Assembly (NCBI GenBank): GCA_011364975.1
Contig: RDOE01000051.1
Location: forward strand, 1 to 25,626
Source of the DNA: Promethearchaeota archaeon
GTDB taxonomy: Archaea; Asgardarchaeota; Lokiarchaeia; Sigyniarchaeales; SOKP01
Direction: 5' to 3'
DNA: 25,626 nucleotides
Shown here piece by piece: positions 1 through 8,606 of the stretch. How positions within the stretch are numbered: position 1 is the first letter of the stretch; each line of letters starts with the position of its first letter. A program made the translations under genes and the position numbers. The notes beneath the pieces are model-generated. The model made no database searches, was not told the DNA's origin, and worked only from the letters and a program-made list of their open reading frames with translations.

Positions 1-654
1 ATATACCGAGTAAGTGACAATCTTGAATTCAGTCTTTTCAATGGTATTCTCTATTTTTTTCCTGTTTTTCATGATCTCATAAAGATCCTAATAATAGTAT
101 CACCTTTTCTTTCTGCTTTAATATTGTCAAGTCTAAAAAGCAAGGTACACTTTTTGCAGAAATTACCTAGTATAAATGTTTTAATTACATTTATGCTAAT
201 CTTCTTCATTCTGAGTTCTTTTGCTAGTTTTTTAATAATTCAACATCGATCAGATGAAGAAAATAATTTTCATAAAATTGGAAAATGGCTTTCATCAAAT
301 AATGTTAAGAATAGCACAATTTGGATGGATGATAGAGACTATATTCCTGAATGGAGAAGAGATAGTGACAGGGCTTATGTTTTAGTACACGTGGCTCTAG
401 GAATAGAATTCTGGTCAGAAAATAGAATCTGTAAATATAATTCAAGCACAATTCTATCGAAGCAAGTCCATTACTTCGTATCACTTTATTCTAACTTTTC
501 TAACACCATATTACCATTTAATTCTGAGGTGATTTTTAATGTAACTATCGATCAAAATATTCTTGAAGGGGTGAGAAGTGAACTCGTGAATGAAGAAAGC
601 ATCACTATTTTTTTGTTTTCCTACAATTCCTATAATACTAGCCATTTTCGTTGA
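1..654 (+). CDS. C-terminal part of an integral membrane protein (5' end outside window); possibly GT-C-like
   Basis: Frame 1 is open from base 1 (IYRVSDNLEFSLFNGILYFFPVFHDLIKILIIVSPFLSALILSS...) to TGA at 652-654, so the ORF-track start at 124 is artificial. Hydrophobic segments are followed by a soluble tail with sequons (NST, NSS, NFS, NVT, NTS). Confidence 0.65.
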   Translation: MYRVSDNLEFSLFNGILYFFPVFHDLIKILIIVSPFLSALILSSLKSKVHFLQKLPSINVLITFMLIFFILSSFASFLIIQHRSDEENNFHKIGKWLSSNNVKNSTIWMDDRDYIPEWRRDSDRAYVLVHVALGIEFWSENRICKYNSSTILSKQVHYFVSLYSNFSNTILPFNSEVIFNVTIDQNILEGVRSELVNEESITIFLFSYNSYNTSHFR

Positions 655-865
655 ATTTAGAGAATTATCCCCTTTTCTGTCCAAAATATAATTTATTTTT
701 CATAATTAAGTAGGATAGGGTTGAAAAGAGGATTAAAAGGTAGTAAAGATTTTAGAGGAAGTTAAGATTAGGTTATTGAAAAAGGATTTAAAATGATTGT
801 TTTTGACGCTATCATATATCTTTTACAGGATATATCTTTGTTTATCGTTTTTGAAGGGTTAAAAT

Positions 866-1375
866 GTGATATCAAATCAAAAAACAGATATAAGAACCGA
901 ATCGTATCTTCAAAGAATCGTGGATGTAAAACTTGGTAAGAACGTAAAAATTTTTAGCTTCGTCAATCTTTATGGCTGTGAAATCGGCGATGGATCCCAA
1001 ATTGGGTGTTTTGTCGAAATTCAAAAAAATTCAGTGATTGGAAAAAATGTTAAAATATCAACTCACTCGTTTATTTGTGAAGGGGTGGAAATCTCTGATA
1101 ACGTTTTTGTCGGACATAATGTTACTTTCATAAATGATAAATATCCAAGAGCAACTAGGGCTGATGGGAAAAAAAAGGAAGAAAATGATTGGATTCTATC
1201 TAAAACTTACGTTGGTAAAGGTGCGTCTATTGGTTCAGGATCTATCGTACTGGGGGGGATTTCTATTGGTGATTATGCAATGATAGGAGCAGGATCCGTA
1301 GTTACAAAAGATGTTTCTCCTCATACAATAGTTATAGGTAATCCAGCACGTTTTCTTCGAAAAATTGAAGAATAG
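866..1375 (+). CDS. Hexapeptide-repeat sugar N-acetyltransferase (WbpD/WlbB/WxcM-like)
   Basis: Left-handed beta-helix repeats (IGDGSQ IGCFVE IQKNSV IGKNVK ISTHSF ICEGVE), plus FINDKYPRA, GASIGSGS, IGAGSVVTKDV and GNPAR; GTG start. Confidence 0.92.
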   Translation: MISNQKTDIRTESYLQRIVDVKLGKNVKIFSFVNLYGCEIGDGSQIGCFVEIQKNSVIGKNVKISTHSFICEGVEISDNVFVGHNVTFINDKYPRATRADGKKKEENDWILSKTYVGKGASIGSGSIVLGGISIGDYAMIGAGSVVTKDVSPHTIVIGNPARFLRKIEE

Positions 1376-1388
1376 GTAATGAAATAAT

Positions 1389-2405
1389 ATGATAAAAGTA
1401 GGTGTTATTGGAACTGGTTATTGGGGTAAGAATCACCTTAGAGTAATAAATTCTATAGCTCAAGCAGAGTTGTCAATGATAGTAGATTCGAGAGAAGATA
1501 TAGCTAAGAAATACGCGAAAAGTTATCGAACAGAGTATAGTACTAACTACACCGATCTATTAGAAAGAGACGATATTCAAGCTGTAATTCTTGCTACCCC
1601 AAATTCTTCTCATTATTCTATTGCTAAAGATCTTATTGAAAATGGAAAGAATGTACTAGTGGAGAAACCATTATGTCTAACCGTGGAAAATGCAAGAAAA
1701 ATCATTGATCTCGCAAAAGAGAATTCTGTAACATTAATGGTTGGGCATATTTTTAGTTTTAATCCAGCAATTCGGGTATTAAAGCAAAATATAGAAAATC
1801 ATATTCTTGGGGAAATAATGTTTATAACCATATCAAGAATGGGTCTTTTTCCACCTCGCAATGACTCTGGAATAATTTTAGATTTGGCTATTCATGATTT
1901 TGACGTTATAACATATTTATTCAATCGTAAATTACCTGAAAGTATTACTGCTGTTGGTGGTAGTTATATTAGAAGAGCTTTTGAAGAAACAGCGTTTGTG
2001 AGCATGGAATACACTAATGGAATAATAGCAAATACCAATGTTAGTTGGCTTACACCTGTTAAAGTTAGGAATTTATTGATTTCAGGGACAAAAGGAACTG
2101 CTTCTTTGAATCTAATTACTCAAGAGCTAGAAATATTTGAATCAAGAATAGAGGAGAATCACAATGATTTAATGTCATCTCAAGTTTATGATTTAATTTA
2201 CAAGGAAGGAATGAGTTACAAACCAATAATAAAAAAGGTAGAACCCCTTACAATGGAAGATGAGCATTTTATAAACTGCTTAATTAATAAAGAAACCCCC
2301 CTAGTAAATGGAGAAGTGGCTTTAAAAACACTAATTATGGCTGAGGGGGCATTAAAATCAATGAAAGAAAGAAAAACAATAAGAATACAACATTTATATC
2401 CATAA
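1389..2405 (+). CDS. Gfo/Idh/MocA-family oxidoreductase (WbpB/WlbA-like nucleotide-sugar 3-dehydrogenase)
   Basis: Rossmann motif VGVIGTGYWG, ATP..H, VLVEKP, MVGH, DLAIHDFD; lies between the acetyltransferase and aminotransferase genes. Confidence 0.9.
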   Translation: MIKVGVIGTGYWGKNHLRVINSIAQAELSMIVDSREDIAKKYAKSYRTEYSTNYTDLLERDDIQAVILATPNSSHYSIAKDLIENGKNVLVEKPLCLTVENARKIIDLAKENSVTLMVGHIFSFNPAIRVLKQNIENHILGEIMFITISRMGLFPPRNDSGIILDLAIHDFDVITYLFNRKLPESITAVGGSYIRRAFEETAFVSMEYTNGIIANTNVSWLTPVKVRNLLISGTKGTASLNLITQELEIFESRIEENHNDLMSSQVYDLIYKEGMSYKPIIKKVEPLTMEDEHFINCLINKETPLVNGEVALKTLIMAEGALKSMKERKTIRIQHLYP

Positions 2406-2425
2406 TTACCAAAGAGGGCATCCAA

Positions 2426-3546
2426 TTGATTAGTGAAATAAATTCAGTACCCTTTGTAGACTTAAAAACAAACTTTTCAGAGATAAAAAATGAATATTTT
2501 GAGATAATTAGTTCAATCATTGACAATACCAGTTTCATATTAGGAAAAAAAGTCAAAGAGTTTGAAGAAGCTTTTGCCAAATATATAAATGTCAAATTTG
2601 CTATTGCTCTTAATTCTGGTACAACAGCACTTCATTTAGCTTTAATCTCATCTGGAATTGGAAAAAATGATGAAGTGATTACAGTGCCAAATAGTTTTTT
2701 TGCCACATCTGAAGCTATTGCATATACCGGTGCAAAACCGAAATTCGTTGATATTGATCCAATAACTTTCAATATTGATTCAACCAAAATTAGAAGTATT
2801 ATTAGCGATAAGACAAAAGCAATTATACCTGTTCATCTCTACGGGCAACCTTGTGATTTTTAGATGAAATTATAGAAATATGTGAAGAAAATAATCTTGT
2901 TTTAATAGAAGATGCATGCCAAGCGCATGGTTCGAAGTATAAAAATAAGAAAATTGGTGAAACTGGAAACTTAGCATGCTTTAGCTTCTACCCCACTAAG
3001 AATTTAGGAGCTTTCGGAGATGCTGGAATTCTAACAACTGATAATGAAGAAATTGCAGAGAAAGTAAAGATGTTAAGAGACCATGGACAGAAAACAAAAA
3101 ACATTCACGAATTCATTGGATATAATGGTAGAATGGATGCTCTTCAAGCAGCAATTTTAAATATTAAGCTTCCATTTTTGGATAGCTGGATAGAAAAAAG
3201 AATAAATATTGCTAAAATGTATAACGAAATCTTGGAAGATCATAGATTAATTCAATTACCTAGACTTGGTACCGAAAGAAAGCATGTTTATCACCTTTTT
3301 GTTATCAGGTCAAAAATTAGGGATAAAATACAGATAGAGCTGTCTAAAAATGGGATAGGAACTCAAATTCATTATCCCACACCTATTCATTTGCAACCCG
3401 CGTTTAAATATCTTAATTACAAACAAAATGATTTTCCTGAAGCTGAAAAATCATGTAGAGAGATTTTATCTCTTCCTATCTTCCCTAGTATGAGTCAAGA
3501 GCAAATTAAATATGTATGTACAAAGATTAAAGATTGTAAGACTTAA
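2426..3546 (+). pseudogene. DegT/DnrJ/EryC1/StrS PLP aminotransferase (WbpE/WlbC-like), frameshifted at about 2857-2863
   Basis: Frame 2 gives VPFVDL...NSGTTALHLAL...VHLYGQPCDF and stops at TAG 2861-2863. Frame 1 continues from 2860 as LDEIIEICEENNLVLIEDACQAHG...FSFYPTKNLGAFGDAG (PLP lysine) into the 3070-3546 ORF (NGRMDALQAA, VYHLFVI, IHYP, LSLPIFP). Both halves look otherwise intact. Confidence 0.92.
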
Positions 3547-3568
3547 ATATTGATTTGAGGGTAGGAAG

Positions 3569-4762
3569 TTGGATAAAATCCTGATTATGTCCGCAAACGA
3601 CATGAATGATATGAGCGGTCAAACGGTTAGAATCTTTGAGTTAGTAAAGTTCCTTTCTAGGTATTATCAAATAGATTTTTCTTCATTTCAAAAACCACCA
3701 GTCTATTTAAATCCCTTCATATCCAAATGGTATCACATTGGAAGAAGATTGGAGCTTAACGATTTTGGTACCATCTATGGGATTTTCCATTTTTTAAAAT
3801 TAGTAATATTAATGAAAAAAACAGTAAATGAGTCAGATGCTAAAATATTTTATACAGATAGTTTTTACTTACTTTTCTTAACATTATTTATGAAAAAACC
3901 AACTGTTTTTGAGCTTCATGGGATTATAACTAATGAACTTGTAAGTAAGGGAAAATTACCGGCATTGAGAATTATTACATCATTATTTGACTTTCTTTTC
4001 AACTGGCTTTATTCATTACCTGATCTCGTTATAACAGTTACTTCTAATCTTAAGATTGAATATTTTCGTCGAACGAAGAAGAGCACCTGCGTTGTTATCC
4101 CTAACGGAGTCGATATCGATCGATTTGTCCCCGTAACCGAATCTAATAAAGTTAAAATTAAGAAAAAACATAAAATTTGTCTTGATTGCATTCCTTTAAT
4201 ATATGTGTCAGGAATGAGACCTTGGCATGGATTATCTGATCTTATAATTGAATTAGAACCACTACTTTCAGAGTATAATAATACAAAATTATATCTTGTT
4301 GGTGATGGACCTGAACTAAACAAAGCAAAAAAGAAAGCATATGAACTAAACCTAGATAAGGGAAAGGTTTCATTTTTGGGTAGTATACATCATTCTTTCA
4401 TTCAAGAAGTTATGGCAATTAGCTTATTCGGGTTGTATTTCTATGGATATGACCCATTTGTGATTAAGCATTTTGAAAATATAGGACATAATCCAATTAA
4501 AATCTTAGAATACATGGCAGTTGGTGTTCCTGTAATAGTACCAAATATAACTGGCTTAAGAGCTTTGGTACAAAAAAGCTGCGGTGGCTGGATATACGAT
4601 CCAAAGCCAGGTAATTTATTGATAATTATTAAAGATATTTTGCAAAATAAGGAAGAAATTCATCAAAGAGGAAAGGATGGAAGATTGTATATCAAAGAGA
4701 ATTATGGTTGGAATCAAATTGCTTCAGCTATTTCTAAAGAGATTAAAAAATTAATTAGTTAG
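3569..4762 (+). CDS. Glycosyltransferase family 4 (GT-B fold)
   Basis: KPTVFELHG, VIPNGVDIDRF, GMRPWHG, LVGDGP, PIKILEYMAVGVPVI; TTG start with GAGGG/AGGAAG upstream. Confidence 0.92.
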   Translation: MDKILIMSANDMNDMSGQTVRIFELVKFLSRYYQIDFSSFQKPPVYLNPFISKWYHIGRRLELNDFGTIYGIFHFLKLVILMKKTVNESDAKIFYTDSFYLLFLTLFMKKPTVFELHGIITNELVSKGKLPALRIITSLFDFLFNWLYSLPDLVITVTSNLKIEYFRRTKKSTCVVIPNGVDIDRFVPVTESNKVKIKKKHKICLDCIPLIYVSGMRPWHGLSDLIIELEPLLSEYNNTKLYLVGDGPELNKAKKKAYELNLDKGKVSFLGSIHHSFIQEVMAISLFGLYFYGYDPFVIKHFENIGHNPIKILEYMAVGVPVIVPNITGLRALVQKSCGGWIYDPKPGNLLIIIKDILQNKEEIHQRGKDGRLYIKENYGWNQIASAISKEIKKLIS

Positions 4763-5102
4763 CAATTATATCCTTGAAGTTACAAACAATTATATGTTCT
4801 TATTGAAAAAACTAGGGTAAAAAATAAAAAAATAAAGCCTGTACTGTGGTGTTAGTTGAAAGAAACCAAGTTAACCCTGATTTTTTAGAAAATATTTGAG
4901 CTAATCAGCCTGATTGATGTTAGCTATTATATTTCTTCCGTTCTTACCCGTAATTTTTTTTATAATGAATTTTATTTTCCCTAATCAGTCATAATCAAAT
5001 AAGACTCAATAGGAAAGTTTATTGTAGGAGGAAAATATTCAACTTATCGATTAATATAAAATAATCTTTATTAGTTGCATCTTTAGATAGATTCAATAGA
5101 AC

Positions 5103-5125
5103 TCTTACACAATTTAGGTGTAAGA
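5103..5125. promoter_or_regulatory. Perfect 8-bp inverted repeat TCTTACAC-N7-GTGTAAGA (operator or hairpin candidate)
   Basis: Read directly from the sequence; about 100 bp upstream of the CapK-like gene and followed by TTTT. Function is inferred only. Confidence 0.35.
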
Positions 5126-5225
5126 TTTTCCAATATATCATTTTAACAATGGTTTTCAGACTTCTTGGTGATTTATTTAATTATAATTAAAATAAATATG
5201 CTAATACCCTGATGGAGGGCCTTAG

Positions 5226-6560
5226 ATATCAAAATATGGATTTATTATTCGAAACGGTTTCTTACCTTTACTTGATATCTTTCATATAAAGCGATTCTTC
5301 AGTATTTATAGGGCTTTAGAAAAAGAGCAGTATGAAAACTGGGATTTGATACAAAGAAAAAAAGCTAAACGATTCCAAGCTCTGCTTTCAGTTTGCAGGA
5401 ATAATACCTATTATAGAAATCTAGTGAAAAATGTTTCAACCGTTGAAGATTTACCCAAAATCCCAATATTATCAAGAGATCTGATACAACGAAATTTACT
5501 TTTGTCAAATGGTATCAATAAGAGAAGAATTAGGTATGATAGTACTTCAGGTTCAACAGGACAACCGTTAAGGTTCATTAAAGATCAACAATCTAGTGAA
5601 GGAGTAAAAATCGCTACTGAATTATTATTTAATAAATGGGCAGGTTTAAATTTTGGAGAGAGACATGTACAACTCTGGGCTTATCATACAAAATCTTTTT
5701 ATCAGAATGTTTGGTTCAAATATTTATATAATTGTCGACAATTTCCTCCGTATTATAATACTTTTGATGCTTTTCATCCCATATTAGAGAAAATTCAAAG
5801 CCTGAGGCCAAATCTCTTAACTGGATACAGTTCTGCTTTATTTTTAGCTGCCTCTCTTATTGAGGAAGAAGATTACAATTTAAATTTGCCTTTAAAAGGT
5901 ATTATTGCCTCTGCTGAATCTTTATTACCTTATCAAAAGAAGTTTATTGAAACTATTTTTCAAACAGATGTTTTAATGCGATATGGAGCAAGAGAAGTTG
6001 ATAATGTGGGTATGGAATGTCCAGAAAGGAATGGATATCACTTTATTCCTTCCCGTTACATTCTTGAAGTTGTTGATTCAGAAGGAAATCTTGTAAATTC
6101 GGGAGAGGAAGGAAGATTACTCGTTACTGATTTATTGAATCATATTATGCCTTTGATAAGATATGATATTGGTGATTATGCTATTTTGAGTGATGAGCTT
6201 TGTTCATGTGGAAGAAAATGGCCTCTTATAAAGGAAATTAAAGGTAGAATAAGTGACCATTTGGAACTTCCCTCTGGTAAATCCTTTCCATTTCTATCTT
6301 TTAATGTATTATTTGAACAAGTGAGTGACTTTATTCGCGAATTTCAGGTTTTACAAAAGTCAACTGAAAAATGGGTAATTAAGATAGTTATAGCCCCAAA
6401 TTTCAGAAAAAAACAAATTTTAGAACTCGAGAGGACATTAAAAGAAGCAACAAATAATGAAGTAGACATTTCTTTAGAGTTAGTTAAAAAAATACAAAGA
6501 ACTTCAACTGGCAAATTCAAATACATCATTCGAATGAATGAGTTATCAGTAAATAAATAA
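5226..6560 (+). CDS. Phenylacetate-CoA ligase family / CapK-like adenylate-forming enzyme
   Basis: ANL motifs TSGSTGQP, RYGAREV, PLIRYDIGD, IKGRISD, TGKFK. The frame is open from ATA 5226 (after TAG 5223-5225), with GGAGG at 5214-5218. The first canonical start is TTG 5346, so the start is uncertain. Confidence 0.85.
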   Translation: MSKYGFIIRNGFLPLLDIFHIKRFFSIYRALEKEQYENWDLIQRKKAKRFQALLSVCRNNTYYRNLVKNVSTVEDLPKIPILSRDLIQRNLLLSNGINKRRIRYDSTSGSTGQPLRFIKDQQSSEGVKIATELLFNKWAGLNFGERHVQLWAYHTKSFYQNVWFKYLYNCRQFPPYYNTFDAFHPILEKIQSLRPNLLTGYSSALFLAASLIEEEDYNLNLPLKGIIASAESLLPYQKKFIETIFQTDVLMRYGAREVDNVGMECPERNGYHFIPSRYILEVVDSEGNLVNSGEEGRLLVTDLLNHIMPLIRYDIGDYAILSDELCSCGRKWPLIKEIKGRISDHLELPSGKSFPFLSFNVLFEQVSDFIREFQVLQKSTEKWVIKIVIAPNFRKKQILELERTLKEATNNEVDISLELVKKIQRTSTGKFKYIIRMNELSVNK

Positions 6561-6582
6561 ATCACAGAGTTCCAATCATGTT

Positions 6583-7248
6583 GTGAAAAATATGTTTCTA
6601 GAAGAAGCAAAATGGATAAAATTGAATCTATTTTCTGTTTTGGATGAATTTATAACTTTAATTGACATTGGATCTTCATCACAGTATTTTCGTACCCATA
6701 TACAGCCATATATTGAAAGTGAGTTATTTGAACCATTAAAAGAAGCAGGAAAACTGGTAACACATATGGATAGTAAATCTGAAGTTGGTGTAGATATTGT
6801 ACTTGATATTGAGCATTTAAACAGTTTAAATCAGAAATTTGATGTGATCCTTTGTTGTAATGTTTTAGAACATGTAAAAAAACCATTAACTGTGTTAAAA
6901 CACATTAAAAAACTTCTTAACAAAGGCGGATTTCTTGTTGTGACTATTCCATTTTCTTATCCATATCATTGTGATCCATATGATAATCTTTGGAGACCCT
7001 CCCCTTCTTTATTAGTTGAAATGCTTCCTGAATTCACCCCCATTGAAATGTCTATCTTGAAAGTAAAGACTACCGTTCCTAAGTTATTCTACAGAAGTCT
7101 TGTCTCTATTATTCAAACTGTTTTTTTTGAACACCCAGGTATAATCTATAAGAATTTTAAAATGCTGTTTCAGCATCCATTTTCTGTTACTTGCACGTTT
7201 TTTCACTTCGATAATTCCAATTATGAGAACTTTACAAATAAACCTTAA
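6583..7248 (+). CDS. Class I SAM-dependent methyltransferase
   Basis: LIDIGSS (motif I variant), FDVILCCNVLEHV, LNKGGFLVVTIPF, PYHCDPYD.WR. Start is GTG 6583 or ATG 6592. Confidence 0.85.
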   Translation: MKNMFLEEAKWIKLNLFSVLDEFITLIDIGSSSQYFRTHIQPYIESELFEPLKEAGKLVTHMDSKSEVGVDIVLDIEHLNSLNQKFDVILCCNVLEHVKKPLTVLKHIKKLLNKGGFLVVTIPFSYPYHCDPYDNLWRPSPSLLVEMLPEFTPIEMSILKVKTTVPKLFYRSLVSIIQTVFFEHPGIIYKNFKMLFQHPFSVTCTFFHFDNSNYENFTNKP

Positions 7249-7379
7249 TCCAAATTCGGGGTCTGCACAAAAATGTGTTATATCAGAGAGATCTTCCTTG
7301 TAATTAGTATAATCAATAGTTTTTACATATAATAATGATTTTAGTTTTATTAAAATCCCATAAAATAATGGTAATGGTC

Positions 7380-8606
7380 ATGTCTTTAAAAATTACTTAT
7401 TTAATTCACCAGATTGCTAAAGGTGGAGGAATGGCTTTACAGGCTATTAATATGGCTGATTCCTTAGCTAGAAAAGGACATGATATTTCAATGATCTTTG
7501 CTAGTAAATTTCATGGAGCTAACTGGAATTATGTAAACCTCTATAAAAATATAAAGTTTTCAGAGATTACTATTCCAGTTGGTTATTATCCTCCCTTTTT
7601 TCAGATTATAACAAATTCCATTTTTATGAAGAAAAAGCAAAATACTGACATAGTTCAATGTTTTAACCCATTATTTGATGCTATAGCTGCGATTAATATA
7701 AAGCGACAAAGAAAGATTCCAGTAGTTATTCGAGTTGGTTCTATATATGAAAATTTCTATTCAGATAAATTGTACCTCATAATTAATGGAAAAATAATAA
7801 AAAGTAGTAATATTGTCAATTCATCGATCAAAATTACTATTAAAATGATTCTTGAGAAATGTGATGTAATTGTTTTCAATTCAAATTATTTAAAGGACTA
7901 TTATAAGAATATTAAAAATCCAAACAAACTAGTAATAAGGAATGGCATTGACTTATCAAAGTTCAAACATCTTAAGAATTTCCCAGTTCATGATGGTTCA
8001 AAATACATGCATCTTAAGGAAATCTCAACACGGAAGATCCTCTATGTAGGGCGTATCGAACCAAGAAAGTCACTTGAAACACTTATTCTTGCTCTTTCGT
8101 ATTTACCTGCGTCTCTGAGAAGAGAAGTTACTTTGATTCTGATTGGTTCCACTAAGATAGCACCTAAATATTATGAATTTTTACAGAATTTTATAAAGAA
8201 AAAATCTTTATCCGATCAAGTATTCTTCTTAGGTTACATTGATTATAAAGATCTGCCAATTTTCTATGCACTCTCGGATTTGGTTGTTTTTACTTCAGAT
8301 TTTCAAAATCATAAGACGAGCGAGGGACTTCCTAATGTTATACTTGAAGCTCTGGCTTGTCAATGTCCTTGTATTGCAGCGGACATTGCTGGAGTCCGTG
8401 AAGTGATAACTGATATGAACAATGGAATTTTATTCCATCCTAATGATGTAAAAAATCTCTCTGAGAAAATTTCTTTAGTTTTAAATGATAAAATGCTTGC
8501 TAAAAGATTAAGTTCGCGAGCTAGAAATTCAATTGTGAATAATCATTCCCTAGAATATGTAACATCTAGATATGAAGCGATTTACAAGCTATGCTCGGAT
8601 AAATAG
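7380..8606 (+). CDS. Glycosyltransferase family 4
   Basis: KITYLIH...GGG, VIRNGID, ILYVGRIEPRKS, EGLPNVILEALA (EX7E). ATG 7380 is preferred over 7335 because it directly precedes the first beta-strand. Confidence 0.93.
   Translation: MSLKITYLIHQIAKGGGMALQAINMADSLARKGHDISMIFASKFHGANWNYVNLYKNIKFSEITIPVGYYPPFFQIITNSIFMKKKQNTDIVQCFNPLFDAIAAINIKRQRKIPVVIRVGSIYENFYSDKLYLIINGKIIKSSNIVNSSIKITIKMILEKCDVIVFNSNYLKDYYKNIKNPNKLVIRNGIDLSKFKHLKNFPVHDGSKYMHLKEISTRKILYVGRIEPRKSLETLILALSYLPASLRREVTLILIGSTKIAPKYYEFLQNFIKKKSLSDQVFFLGYIDYKDLPIFYALSDLVVFTSDFQNHKTSEGLPNVILEALACQCPCIAADIAGVREVITDMNNGILFHPNDVKNLSEKISLVLNDKMLAKRLSSRARNSIVNNHSLEYVTSRYEAIYKLCSDK

Noticed and set aside
1169-1258. A8 and G7 runs in the acetyltransferase as phase-variation tracts
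   Set aside because: The frame is intact and the runs are explained by Lys and Gly codons; no evidence of variation.
2216-2595. Minus-strand ORFs 2216-2425 and 2335-2595
   Set aside because: Antisense shadows of well-supported genes, with no recognisable motifs.
3070-3546. Independent 158 aa gene
   Set aside because: It is the C-terminal part of the frameshifted aminotransferase; its frame is coding from 2860.
4763-5225. CRISPR array, tRNA or IS element in the long spacer
   Set aside because: No regularly spaced repeats, cloverleaf, transposase or clear terminal inverted repeats seen.
5346-6560. paaK / phenylacetate catabolism
   Set aside because: No other paa genes are present; the context is glycan biosynthesis, so no symbol was assigned.
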